A DNA stretch of 64,000 bases from an uncultured Victivallales bacterium. Its GTDB lineage: Bacteria > Verrucomicrobiota > Kiritimatiellia > UBA8416 > CAYOBW01. The stretch covers positions 1 through 64,000 of the forward strand of contig CAZJYI010000021.1 of the NCBI GenBank assembly GCA_964550025.1, written 5' to 3'. The position numbers were made by a program, and so were the translations under genes. Position 1 is the first letter of the stretch; each line of letters opens with the position of its first letter. Below the pieces are notes generated by a model that saw only the letters and a list, made by a program, of their open reading frames with translations, did not search any database and was not told the DNA's origin. This document shows positions 26,609 to 35,919 of the stretch, piece after piece.

Positions 26609-27949
26609 CTACGCGGTGGGCATCACCGGCAGGGCAAAGGAAAAGGTCGAGCCCTTTCCCGGTTGGCTCGTGACCTCCATGGATCCCCCGTGCTGCTTGA
26701 CGATCTTCTGGCAGCTCGCCAGCCCCATGCCCGTGCCGGCGTATTCCTGGCGCGTATGCAGGCGGCGGAATGGCTCGAGAACCTCCTGTGCGAACTTCGG
26801 TTCGAAGCCGATCCCATTGTCGCGCACCGAGAAGCGGTAGAACGCGTCGACCCGCTCGACCGATATGTCGACTTCCGGTATCGTTTCGCTCTTGCGGTAC
26901 TTGACGGCGTTGCCGATGAGATTCTGAAGGACGGTCACGAGCAGCGTTGCGTTTCCTGAGACGGTGGGCAGTTCATTGCGCCGGACGACGGCGCCGGTCT
27001 TCTGCAGCACATGGTCGAGGTTCTGCAAGGCCTCGTCGAGCACGGCGTTCATGTCCGCGTCCGCGAAGGCCTTTTGCTCCGCGTCGAGCAGCGAGTAGGC
27101 GAGCAGGTCGCCGAGGAGGCGCTCCATGCGTCTCGCCGCCCGGATCGTGCGGTTCATGCAGTCTTCAGTCCTGCCCTGGTCCTCGTAGCCCTTGGGCAGG
27201 AGCTCACGCATCACGTTCAGGTAGCCGGTGATTGAGCTCAACGGCTGCCTGAGGTCGTGGGACGCGGCGCGCGAGAAGTGCTCGAGGTCCCGGTTGGATT
27301 CCCGCAGCGCCTCTGCCGTGACTTCGAGCTCGGCCTGGCGGCGAAGCGCGAGACGGCGCATCCGGAACTCGTTGAATGCCGTGCGCTCCTGCGATATCGC
27401 CACCGCGATCAACGCGGGGCAAATGGCTACCGGGTTGGAAAACAGCGCGAGCTCTTCGGCGGTTGGCGCGCAGTAGAGCAGGAGGAACGCGATGGTGATG
27501 GCCAACGGAACGACCAATACGACCCAGAGGACGCGCCGCGCGCCGTAGGCAAAGACGAAGGCGGCCACCATGCTGATCAGGATCGCGCTGGTGGTGCCGT
27601 AGGGATAGGTTGGCAGGTCTGCCGGCCGCACGTAGAACATGACGCAGGTGAACCCGCATATCTGGGCCAGGACCGCGGTGATCTGAACGGTATGCGCGGG
27701 GATGATCCACCCGGGGCGCCTGCGGAATACCGTGTAAGAGGAAACGAGGAAGAAGCCCGTGCAGAGTAACCCGATCGCTCGAAACGCGGTGGCCAGAGGC
27801 GGCGCCTTCAGGATGCGCGTGTCCTGGAAGAGCATGTGGACCAGGACGGTAAAAGCGATCAAGGCGAAGATGCGTCCGCGCCGAAGCGTCTTGTCCCGGA
27901 GCTCTCCCAGGTACTCCGCGCGCACTTCCTGCGAATCACTATGCTCCAT
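26609..27949 (-). CDS. Sensor histidine kinase, polytopic N-terminal domain
   Basis: Six TM helices, H-box HFSRAASHDLRQPL, HATPase_c N/G1/G2 boxes (GIGFEP...GTGMGLA). Confidence 0.85.
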   Translation of the reverse strand: MEHSDSQEVRAEYLGELRDKTLRRGRIFALIAFTVLVHMLFQDTRILKAPPLATAFRAIGLLCTGFFLVSSYTVFRRRPGWIIPAHTVQITAVLAQICGFTCVMFYVRPADLPTYPYGTTSAILISMVAAFVFAYGARRVLWVVLVVPLAITIAFLLLYCAPTAEELALFSNPVAICPALIAVAISQERTAFNEFRMRRLALRRQAELEVTAEALRESNRDLEHFSRAASHDLRQPLSSITGYLNVMRELLPKGYEDQGRTEDCMNRTIRAARRMERLLGDLLAYSLLDAEQKAFADADMNAVLDEALQNLDHVLQKTGAVVRRNELPTVSGNATLLVTVLQNLIGNAVKYRKSETIPEVDISVERVDAFYRFSVRDNGIGFEPKFAQEVLEPFRRLHTRQEYAGTGMGLASCQKIVKQHGGSMEVTSQPGKGSTFSFALPVMPTA

Positions 27950-28232
27950 GCTGGTTTCCTCGTCTGAACCTGCAGTGTATTGCGAATCGTGTGCCGTCGG
28001 CCAGCCAAATCGCTGTCCGGGCTGGTTCTCTGGTGCTACCCACTTCCCTCGCAGGCGCCTGCTCCCCCTTCTTCCGGCGGTTTCGTGGTGGCCATTGCAA
28101 CCGTATGCTGCTACGTTTCGCCATAGCGTGAGGGGCTCTGGTTGCGCCCTGCATGCAACATCCGGCGCGTGCGGAGCGCGGCTGGTTGACGGTGGTGTGC
28201 GCTTCGGCGCAGGCTGACAAGGAGGCGCGAAC

Positions 28233-28718
28233 GTGAAGGCATTGATCGTTTACTACTCGTTCGAAGGCAATACGCGGTTTCTGGCCGAACGGATGGCGGA
28301 GACGACCGGTGCGGAGTCGCTCGAACTGAAACCCGTGCGGGAGATCCAGTCGAAGGGGTTCATGAAGTTCATCTGGGGCGGAAAACAGGTTGTGAGCCGC
28401 AAGTGCCCCGAGTTGCAGCCGCTTGACAAGAATCCCGCGGACTACGACTTGCTCTTCGTCGGTACGCCGGTCTGGGCGTTTACCTACGCCCCGCCGCTGA
28501 GGACGTTCTTCAGTCAGGTGGAACTGTCCGGGAAGAAGATCGCCCTTTTCTGTTCGTGCGGAGGAGGCGCCGGCAAGACCCTGAAGCGGATGGCGGGGGC
28601 GTTGGCGGGCAACGAGCTCCTCGGCGAGATCTGCTTCGTGGAACCGCTGCGATCCGGGACGGAAGCCAAGGGACAACAGGCGCGCGAGTGGGCCGAGCAA
28701 ATGGCGAAGCAGGCCTGA
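28233..28718 (+). CDS. Flavodoxin-like protein
   Basis: 161 aa. MKALIVYYSFEGNTR flavodoxin signature. Confidence 0.8.
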   Translation: MKALIVYYSFEGNTRFLAERMAETTGAESLELKPVREIQSKGFMKFIWGGKQVVSRKCPELQPLDKNPADYDLLFVGTPVWAFTYAPPLRTFFSQVELSGKKIALFCSCGGGAGKTLKRMAGALAGNELLGEICFVEPLRSGTEAKGQQAREWAEQMAKQA

Positions 28719-28857
28719 CTCATGTTTGCGGCAATCTGGCTTGCAATCCGTTTCCGGCGTCGCCTATAATCCGCGCCGATTTGTTGAGTAGTGCCCGATT
28801 GTTGAACGGGCGCACCGAACAACGACGCGAAGACCAACTCAACCAGGGAGAGACGCA

Positions 28858-29028
28858 ATGGCATACGTGATTTCAGATGATTGCACCATGTGCGGGGCCT
28901 GCAAGGATGTTTGCCCGGTAGAGGCGATCAACGAAGGGGACCCCAAGTACACGATCGATGCCGAGGCATGCACGGACTGCGGCATGTGCGCGGACGAGTG
29001 CCCGGTCGAGGCGATTTCCGCCGGCTGA
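28858..29028 (+). CDS. 2x[4Fe-4S] ferredoxin (56 aa, below the ORF-track length cutoff)
   Basis: Own translation MAYVISDDCTMCGACKDVCPVEAINEGDPKYTIDAEACTDCGMCADECPVEAISAG. Two CxxCxxCxxxCP motifs. Confidence 0.8.
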   Translation: MAYVISDDCTMCGACKDVCPVEAINEGDPKYTIDAEACTDCGMCADECPVEAISAG

Positions 29029-29053
29029 GCAGGCACCACAGCCTCTTGAGCGA

Positions 29054-29091
29054 GACCCGGAACGTTGTGCGTTCCGGGTCTTGTGCTTTGG
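29054..29091. terminator. Bidirectional rho-independent terminator between convergent genes
   Basis: GACCCGGAACG ttgtg CGTTCCGGGTC, a perfect 11-bp stem, followed by ttgtgctttgg. Confidence 0.55.
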
Positions 29092-29130
29092 TGGGCGAAC
29101 CCGGTGCGGAGTCTCAACGGTTGGCCCGTT

Positions 29131-30642
29131 TTACGGCATTGCCATCCGCGCCACTTCCAGGCGGTCGGCCTGGGAGTGGTCGAGCTGAATGCGGGGACCG
29201 CGTTCGAGCTGCACGGTCCACGGGTCGCTCGCGGTGGCGCGCGTGAGGAGCGAGAAGACCACCCCCGCCTGGATTCCTTCGGGCCAGGGACCGGCGCAGC
29301 CGGAGAACCGGCCGCGGTCGCCCTCGCGCAGGAGGGAAAGCGTGAGGGAGGGCTGTTCGCCCGTGCCCGTCTCGCGTTCGCCGGGGACGGGCAGGCCGTG
29401 GACATCCGTGACCGGGTGGTCGAGCTCGTTGTCGAAGCGATCGAGAACGTCCCGCGGGTGCAGGTGCTCCAGCCTTTCCGCGGCGTCGTGTGCGCTCTTC
29501 TCGTCCATGCCGCTACGCACGAGATGCCCTTCCCAGAGCTGGTGTGCGCGCTCGATGTGCGCGGCTTCCTCGTGGCCTTTCGGTGTCAGCTTCAGCGTCT
29601 GGCTGCGTGCGTCGTGTGCGGCCAGCAGCTCGCGGGCAACCATGTGTCGCACGGCCTTGCGGATCCGGGCGGGGGGGAGGGGAACGTCCGAGAAGCGACC
29701 GCGGCCCTCGTAGACCGCTTTGAGGATGTCCTCGATGTCCGATTGCGGGACGAGGCGTCGTCGCCTCAGCCATCCGGCCAGTATGCCGTACCGCGGCGCG
29801 AGAGTCAGGCCGACCATGAACAGCAGGAATCCGACGAACATAATGGAGCCTCCGCCGGAAGCGTTGACCCACTCCGAGAAGTAGAGTCCCAGTACGACGG
29901 ACAGGATGCCCATGAGTGCTGCGATGACCATCATGCGGGGCAGGCGATCCGTCAGCATGTAGGCCAGCGCCGCCGGCGTGATCAGCAGACCGACGATCAT
30001 GATGACGCCCACCATGGATATGCCGGCGACACATACCAGGGCGATCATGACCGTCAGCAGGATATGGATGAAACGGGTGGGCAACCCGATCGACGCCGCC
30101 ATGGTCGGGTCGAAGCTGACGATCGTGAAATGGCGGTAGAAGACGATGATCGCACCGAGAACCAGCGAGGCGACGACCGCGCTGAGCCACATGTCCGGCC
30201 AGGAGACGCCATAGATGTCGCCCTGGAAGAAGTGGTTGAGATCGATGTTGATGTGCTGCTGGAAACGGGTGAGAATCACGACCCCCGCGGCGAAGAGACC
30301 GGTGTAGATAATACCGATCGCCGTGTCTTCGGCGATGCGCCCGATATTGCTCAGGAAACTGATGCAGACAGAGGTGAGCAGGGCCGCGATCAGCGCGCCG
30401 AGCAGCAGACCGCCGGCCGTGAAACCGCCTGCGAACACGGCATTCATGACGAGATAGCCTATCCCAACCCCGGGCAACAGCGCGTGGCTCATCGCGTCGC
30501 CTATGAATGCCATCTTCCGCAGAATGATGTAGCAGCCCAGAACGGCGCAGGCGACGGCGATCGTGGACCCGCCCAGTGCCCCTTTCACGAAGTAGGCGTG
30601 TGTCCACGGTTCGGCAAACGTGTTGTACAGCCATTCCGTCAT
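29131..30642 (-). CDS. Metal ABC transporter permease (ZnuB/MntB/TroC family) fused to a DtxR/MntR-family metalloregulator and a FeoA/SH3-like domain (YtgCR-like)
   Basis: About 290 aa of permease with 8-9 TM helices. Then DIEDILKAVYEGRG...ARIRKAVRHMVARELL (winged HTH), a metal-binding/dimerisation region, and C-terminal LTLSLLREGDRGRFSG...VVFSL (FeoA-like). Confidence 0.8.
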   Translation of the reverse strand: MTEWLYNTFAEPWTHAYFVKGALGGSTIAVACAVLGCYIILRKMAFIGDAMSHALLPGVGIGYLVMNAVFAGGFTAGGLLLGALIAALLTSVCISFLSNIGRIAEDTAIGIIYTGLFAAGVVILTRFQQHINIDLNHFFQGDIYGVSWPDMWLSAVVASLVLGAIIVFYRHFTIVSFDPTMAASIGLPTRFIHILLTVMIALVCVAGISMVGVIMIVGLLITPAALAYMLTDRLPRMMVIAALMGILSVVLGLYFSEWVNASGGGSIMFVGFLLFMVGLTLAPRYGILAGWLRRRRLVPQSDIEDILKAVYEGRGRFSDVPLPPARIRKAVRHMVARELLAAHDARSQTLKLTPKGHEEAAHIERAHQLWEGHLVRSGMDEKSAHDAAERLEHLHPRDVLDRFDNELDHPVTDVHGLPVPGERETGTGEQPSLTLSLLREGDRGRFSGCAGPWPEGIQAGVVFSLLTRATASDPWTVQLERGPRIQLDHSQADRLEVARMAMP

Positions 30643-31403
30643 TGCGCCCTGTTCCCCCGGCTCCAGCTAAGATGACGCAGCTTGCCCCCGTACACCTCGG
30701 TGAGGAGACTCTCCTGCAAAACATCGCGGGGTTCCCCGTATGCGAAGACGCGGCGATTGAGGATGACGACACGATCAAAGAACTCCGCGGCGGTCTCCAG
30801 GTCGTGGTGAACAACGATGACCGTCTTGCCCTGTTCGCGTGCACCCGACAGAAGGCCGGCGATGGCGCGCTCGGTGGCCGCGTCGACACCGGCGAAGGGT
30901 TCATCGAGAAGGAGGATGTCGGACTCCTGCGCCAGGGCGCGCGCCATGAAGACGCGCTGCTGCTGCCCTCCGCTGAGCTGTCCGATCTGCCGGTCGCGGA
31001 GCTCGAGCATGCGCACGTCGTTCAGCGCCCGGCGCGCGACCTCGTGGTCGGCGCGACGCACCGGCTGGTACCAGCGGATGTGCCCATAGCGTCCCATGAG
31101 CACGACGTCCCAGACCGTGACCGGGAAGTTCCAGTCGATTTGCCCGCGTTGCGGGACATAGGCAACGCGGCCCCGCGCGTGTTCCACCTCTTCTCCAAAG
31201 AGCCGCACGGTGCCGTAGTCGCGATCCACGAACCCCATGATCGACTTGATGACGGTGGATTTGCCCGCGCCGTTGGGACCGAGGATGCCGACCACGGATC
31301 CGCGGGGGATGTCCAGGGACACGTCGATCAGCACGGGCTTGGTCTGGTAGGACACGGTCAGGTGCTCGATGGTCACGGCTGAAGTGACGTCACTCATGGC
31401 CAT
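30639..31403 (-). CDS. znuC: Metal ABC transporter ATP-binding protein (ZnuC/MntA/TroB family)
   Basis: Start MAMSDVTSAV by codon arithmetic. GPNGAGKST, LSGGQQQRV, LLLDEPFAGVD. Confidence 0.85.
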   Translation of the reverse strand: MAMSDVTSAVTIEHLTVSYQTKPVLIDVSLDIPRGSVVGILGPNGAGKSTVIKSIMGFVDRDYGTVRLFGEEVEHARGRVAYVPQRGQIDWNFPVTVWDVVLMGRYGHIRWYQPVRRADHEVARRALNDVRMLELRDRQIGQLSGGQQQRVFMARALAQESDILLLDEPFAGVDAATERAIAGLLSGAREQGKTVIVVHHDLETAAEFFDRVVILNRRVFAYGEPRDVLQESLLTEVYGGKLRHLSWSRGNRAQ

Positions 31404-31941
31404 CTTCCCGCTGTAGACCGCGGTCGAGCTTGCCGAGACGGGGCTGCAGCGAAAGCTCGACGGTGGCCGAGAGGTTGTGTCCGTCTCCGGGAGACCAGAT
31501 CGTCCGGTCCGCGCAGAGAGCCTTGTCCCGCAGAAGCTCGATGCGTAGCGGGACAGGGCGGCGCGCGTCCTCCGCCGATGGCGTGGCTTCGACGTGAAGC
31601 TCGACGGAGTTGCCCGTGAATGACAGGTTCGTGACGGTGAGCGGCATGCCTCGTCGCACGTCCTCTTTCCATTCCAGGATGGCCTCCCCGCCGTGGCGTA
31701 CAACAATGCGCGGCGCATCGGATGCGGGGCCGGCAGCGAGGGCGAACGGGTCCCGGATCGCATCAAAGACCGGAGTGAGGCGCAACGTGCATGCGGCGGT
31801 CTCGGTGTGCTCGACGGGATCGTGGTGCGCGTGGACTTCCCGGGAAAGCGAAACCTCGATGGAGCGGGTCATCAGAAACTGGCACACTCCGACGCTGCCG
31901 AGCATCAGGATGGAAACAGCGATGGCGTAGACGAAGCGCAT
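31390..31941 (-). CDS. Small membrane-anchored hypothetical protein inside the metal-uptake operon
   Basis: 183 aa. N-terminal anchor MRFVYAIAVSILMLGSVGV. No recognisable motifs. Overlaps the znuC start by ~14 nt. Confidence 0.45.
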   Translation of the reverse strand: MRFVYAIAVSILMLGSVGVCQFLMTRSIEVSLSREVHAHHDPVEHTETAACTLRLTPVFDAIRDPFALAAGPASDAPRIVVRHGGEAILEWKEDVRRGMPLTVTNLSFTGNSVELHVEATPSAEDARRPVPLRIELLRDKALCADRTIWSPGDGHNLSATVELSLQPRLGKLDRGLQREDGHE

Positions 31942-31949
31942 GGCGGAGA

Positions 31950-32127
31950 GTCTCAGATTGCGAATCTCAGATCTCAGATCTCAAATCTCAAATCTCAGAT
32001 TTCAGATCTCAGATTTCAGACCTCAGATTTCAGACCTCGGACCTCAGATTTCGGGTCTCACATTTTACATCCCAGATGTTGCGTACGGGAAATGGTGGCG
32101 GATCTGAGATCTGAGATTTGAGATATG
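31950..32127. repeat. Heptamer microsatellite (TCTCAGA/TTTCAGA/TCTCAAA) of ~16 tandem units plus a 4-unit inverted copy
   Basis: Read directly: tctcagattgcgaatctcagatctcagatctcaaatctcaaatctcagatttcagatctcagatttcagacctcagatttcag... Then cggatctgagatctgagatttgagat at ~32100-32127. Confidence 0.75.
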
Positions 32128-32144
32128 TGATCCCGGATCCCCCA

Positions 32145-33068
32145 TCACTCGCCCCTCAGTGCCTCCACAACGGTCAGCGTGTTCTCGCGCATCATGCCGA
32201 GGTACGTTTCGCCGGCGCTTCCGTCCTCACCCATGGCGTCGGAGTACAGTTCGCCGCCGATCTTGACGCCCGCTTCCCCCGCGATCTGGCGGATCATCTT
32301 GGGGTTGACGGAGGTTTCCACGAAAATGGCGGGTACATTGAAATCCTTGATGGACGCGACCACCGTGCGCCGTCTCTGCGGCGTCATCCCCCCGCCGATC
32401 TCCGAACCGGTCGACCAGCCGACGGGGCTGCGCACTTTGAAACCGTAGCGGGCGGCAAAGTAGTTGAATGCGTCGTGGCTTGTGACGAGCACACGTTTCG
32501 CCTTGGGAATCGTGCTGACCTGCTTCTCGATCCAGGCGTCGAGGGCGCGGAGCTGTTGCAGGTAGAGGTCGGCGCGGGCCTGGTACGAGGCGGCCCCCTC
32601 CGCGTCAATCTTCATCAGCGCGCCCAGAATGTTGTTTACGTAGAGCGCGGCGTTGCGCGGATCAAACCATGCATGCGGGTCCTTGACCATCTGCCCTTCG
32701 TACTGGAGGTCCAACGGCTGAATCCCGTCCGTGCAGGTCACCAGGGGCTTGTTGCCGTTGTCCTTCGCCAGCGAAGCCATCCAGTTCTTACCTTCGAGAT
32801 GCAATCCGTTCTGAAGACAAAGGTCCGCCGTCTCCACGAGACGGCTGTCTCCCGGCACGGGCTGGTAGACGTGAGGGTTCACGCCCGCCCCCAGGATGCA
32901 GATAACCTCGCAACGGTCTCCTGCTACCTGCCGCGCCAGGTCGGCGGTCTGGGTTGTCGAGCAGACAACGCGCGGTTTCCTGGTCGCTTCTGCGGCGCCT
33001 GCTTCCGTCGCACAGAGGAGTGCGAGGGCCGCTGCCAGACCCGTGAACAGTATCCTGCTACCTGTCAT
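32145..33068 (-). CDS. znuA: Metal ABC transporter substrate-binding protein (ZnuA/TroA/MntC, cluster A-I)
   Basis: Start MTGSRILFTGLAAALALLCATEA (signal peptide). HVYQPVPGD, VTSHDAFNYF, metal-ligand His/Asp positions. Confidence 0.85.
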   Translation of the reverse strand: MTGSRILFTGLAAALALLCATEAGAAEATRKPRVVCSTTQTADLARQVAGDRCEVICILGAGVNPHVYQPVPGDSRLVETADLCLQNGLHLEGKNWMASLAKDNGNKPLVTCTDGIQPLDLQYEGQMVKDPHAWFDPRNAALYVNNILGALMKIDAEGAASYQARADLYLQQLRALDAWIEKQVSTIPKAKRVLVTSHDAFNYFAARYGFKVRSPVGWSTGSEIGGGMTPQRRRTVVASIKDFNVPAIFVETSVNPKMIRQIAGEAGVKIGGELYSDAMGEDGSAGETYLGMMRENTLTVVEALRGE

Positions 33069-33210
33069 CGAACCGTTCCTCCTGCTGATCCCACTCGCTC
33101 TACTCCTCTGCGCCATACTACGGACCTGCCACTGGACGCGGAAGCAAAAAACGGCGGAACACGGTTTTTCAATTGAAGCGTGCCGTGCCAATCCGTACAG
33201 TCACGCCACT

Positions 33211-34569
33211 ATGAGTCTCCCCGAGATTATCACCACGGTCGACAAGTTCATCTGGGGGCCGCCCCTCATGATCCTCCTGGTGGGGACCGGTCTCTTTCTC
33301 ACGATCCGCCTGAAGGTCGTCCAATTCAGGGGGTTCCGCCATGCCCTGGCCGTCCTGCGCGGTACGTACGATTCCGAGGGGGACGTGGGGGAAATCAGCC
33401 ATTTTCAGGCGCTGTCCGCGGCGCTCTCGGCGACCATCGGCACGGGCAATATCGTGGGCGTGGCAGCAGCGATTCTGCTGGGCGGGCCGGGCGCTGCCTT
33501 CTGGATGTGGGTGACGGCACTGGTCGGCATGGCCACGAAGTTCGCCTCCTGCACGCTGGCCGTCCACTACCGGCGTATCGACTCCAGCGGTGAAGCGCAC
33601 GGCGGGCCCATGCATTTCATCGAGCTCGGCATGGGCAAACGCTTCAAATGGTTGGCCGTTCTCTTCGCCGTCTTCACCGTCACGGCCAGCTTCGGTATCG
33701 GCAACATGTTCCAGGTCAACAACTGCGTTGTCAGCCTGAGCGTCCTGTTTGGCGGCAGTTCCGAGCCCTCGCGCATGTTCGGGTTAATAGCCGGCGTGAT
33801 TGTCGCGGCCCTCGTTGCTGCCGTTATCCTGGGGGGCATCAAGCGCATCGGCCGCTTTGCCTCGGCACTGGTCCCCTTCATGTGCGCCGTCTATATCCTC
33901 GGCGGGCTCTACATCCTCCTGCGCAACGCAACCGCCATTCCCGGCGCTTTCCGCGAGATCTTCTTCCACGCGTTCCACAAGCCCGAGGCGTTGGCCGGCG
34001 GTCTTCTGGGCACGGTGGTCCGGCAGGGCGTGGCGCGCGGTCTCTTTTCGAACGAGGCCGGCCTCGGATCGGCCGCCATGGCATTCGGGGCGGCCCGTAC
34101 AAAGGAACCGGTTCGCGAGGGACTCGTCTCCATGCTGGGGCCCTTTATCGACACCATTGTCATCTGTTCCATCACGGCCCTGGCGATCGTCATCACCGGC
34201 GCGCACGAAGTCTGCAGCGTTAAGGGCGAGCTGACGGGCAAAGCGTTCGAGCTGGGGTGGGGATCGCGCTACGGCGGGTTGGTGGTGGCGCTCGGCGTGG
34301 TTCTCTTCTCGTTCTCCACGTTGATCTCCTGGTCCTACTACGGGGATCGCGCCGCCGACTACCTCTTCGGTCACCGAGCGGTCTTGCCCTACCGCCTGGT
34401 GTACATCGGGTTCATCGTGGTGGGGGCCGTGGTCAGCATCGGGACGATCATCGACTTCTGTGACGCCATGAACGGGTTGATGGCCGTGCCGAACCTCATC
34501 GCACTGATCGCGCTTTCGCCCCTGCTGGTGAAGCTGACGCGCGATTACTTCTCACGAATGAAGCCGTGA
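33211..34569 (+). CDS. Alanine/glycine:cation symporter (AGCS family)
   Basis: Start MSLPEIITT at residue 106 of the track ORF. FQALSAALSATIGTGNIVGVAAAI signature. Confidence 0.85.
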   Translation: MSLPEIITTVDKFIWGPPLMILLVGTGLFLTIRLKVVQFRGFRHALAVLRGTYDSEGDVGEISHFQALSAALSATIGTGNIVGVAAAILLGGPGAAFWMWVTALVGMATKFASCTLAVHYRRIDSSGEAHGGPMHFIELGMGKRFKWLAVLFAVFTVTASFGIGNMFQVNNCVVSLSVLFGGSSEPSRMFGLIAGVIVAALVAAVILGGIKRIGRFASALVPFMCAVYILGGLYILLRNATAIPGAFREIFFHAFHKPEALAGGLLGTVVRQGVARGLFSNEAGLGSAAMAFGAARTKEPVREGLVSMLGPFIDTIVICSITALAIVITGAHEVCSVKGELTGKAFELGWGSRYGGLVVALGVVLFSFSTLISWSYYGDRAADYLFGHRAVLPYRLVYIGFIVVGAVVSIGTIIDFCDAMNGLMAVPNLIALIALSPLLVKLTRDYFSRMKP

Positions 34570-34590
34570 CGGCATTGACCGGTCTCTCCC

Positions 34591-35919
34591 CTACCGCACC
34601 AGCCTTCTAACCTGCTCGAGATAGCGGGTGACGTGGGGTGCGTCGTCGAAGACCAGTGACGCCTCCAGCAACTCGACGGCCCGGCCGTAGCGTTCGCGCT
34701 CGACCTCGATCTGCGCCTGCCGCACCAGGGCCTCGGCCTCCGAGCCTTCCGTGCCGGCGGCACGCTCGTAGAGCATGAGAGCGTCCTCCAGTTCGTCCCG
34801 TTCCCTGTGCAGATCTCCCAGGAGCAGAAGGGCCTGCCCGTCCAAGGGGTTCTTCCGTACGAGTTCCCTGCAGAGTCGTACGGCCTCGTCCGCGTCTCCT
34901 TGCCGGTGGGCGAGCTGTGCCTTCAGCCGCCACAGCCCGGATCGCAGCTCCCTTGTCTCGTTGCCGTCGGCCACACGCTTCTCGATCGACGGCAGCAGGG
35001 CCTCGGCCTCCTCCAGGCGCTGCAGGGCCAGCAACGCCCCGGCGGCGCGCAGTGTATGGGCGGGAGAGACGGCTCTTTCCCGGGCCGCTTCCCGGTGGCA
35101 CCGGACGGCTTCGCCCGGCATGTCCGCGTTGAGGTAGAGATCGCCCAGCGTTGCCGTCATCTCGCCGGTGGCGCGGCCAAGCCTCCGAGCACTCTCGATT
35201 GCGCGCATGGCTTCGGCGGTTCTGTCGAGGGCAATTAGCGCACTGGCGCGCAAAGACCAGAGTTCCGTGCTGCTTGCGTCGGCCGCCAGGAGCGCGGTCA
35301 CCAGTCCAAGGGTTTCGGGATATCTATGCTGGTGCAGAAGACACTTTGCCAATCCCAGCCGGGCGTCCCTGCTCTCCGGGGAGAGCAACAGGGCCTGGCG
35401 GTAGGCGTTTTCCGCTGACACGGCACGCTCCTTGAGCAGAAGCGCATGTCCCATGAGCAGGTACGTGTCCGCGTCTGCCCGTCCACGGAGCACGAGCCGG
35501 CTGAACAGTTCGATGGCCGGGTCCGGCCGGACCTGCACGAGATGGACGCGTGCCAGGTTCATTGCCGCGCGAGTGAACTCCGGGTGCTTGTCCAAAGCCC
35601 GACGGTAGGCCGTGACGGCGGACCCAAAGTCCTGCTCCCGGAAGTGCAGGTTCCCCATGGCGAAATCGATGGCGGCGCTCGACTCGTCGGCGTCGACCCG
35701 TTCCAGCAACGTGGCGGCGGCGGCGGCATTGGTGGCGCCGACTTGCGCCGCTGCCTGCAGCATTTCGGCCTCTCGACGCGTGACCGTCGGTTCCTCCGCG
35801 CTACCGTTCGGCTTCGCCGGCGGGGCCGCGTGGGCGCGCAGTGCGATCAATCCCACGGCGCACATCAACAGCCCGGAGTGCAGGGCGAATCGCCGTCCTT
35901 CTGTACTATACCCCACCAT
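34591..35919 (-). CDS. TPR-repeat protein with signal peptide (TtpD-like partner of the TonB system)
   Basis: Start MVGYSTEGRRFALHSGLLMCAVGLIALRAHA. Multiple TPR motifs. Confidence 0.7.
   Translation of the reverse strand: MVGYSTEGRRFALHSGLLMCAVGLIALRAHAAPPAKPNGSAEEPTVTRREAEMLQAAAQVGATNAAAAATLLERVDADESSAAIDFAMGNLHFREQDFGSAVTAYRRALDKHPEFTRAAMNLARVHLVQVRPDPAIELFSRLVLRGRADADTYLLMGHALLLKERAVSAENAYRQALLLSPESRDARLGLAKCLLHQHRYPETLGLVTALLAADASSTELWSLRASALIALDRTAEAMRAIESARRLGRATGEMTATLGDLYLNADMPGEAVRCHREAARERAVSPAHTLRAAGALLALQRLEEAEALLPSIEKRVADGNETRELRSGLWRLKAQLAHRQGDADEAVRLCRELVRKNPLDGQALLLLGDLHRERDELEDALMLYERAAGTEGSEAEALVRQAQIEVERERYGRAVELLEASLVFDDAPHVTRYLEQVRRLVR

Noticed and set aside
29065-30675. 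536-aa plus-strand ORF and 29513-30904 minus ORF
   Set aside because: Alternative frames of the znuB-dtxR fusion gene. No TM pattern or domain motifs.
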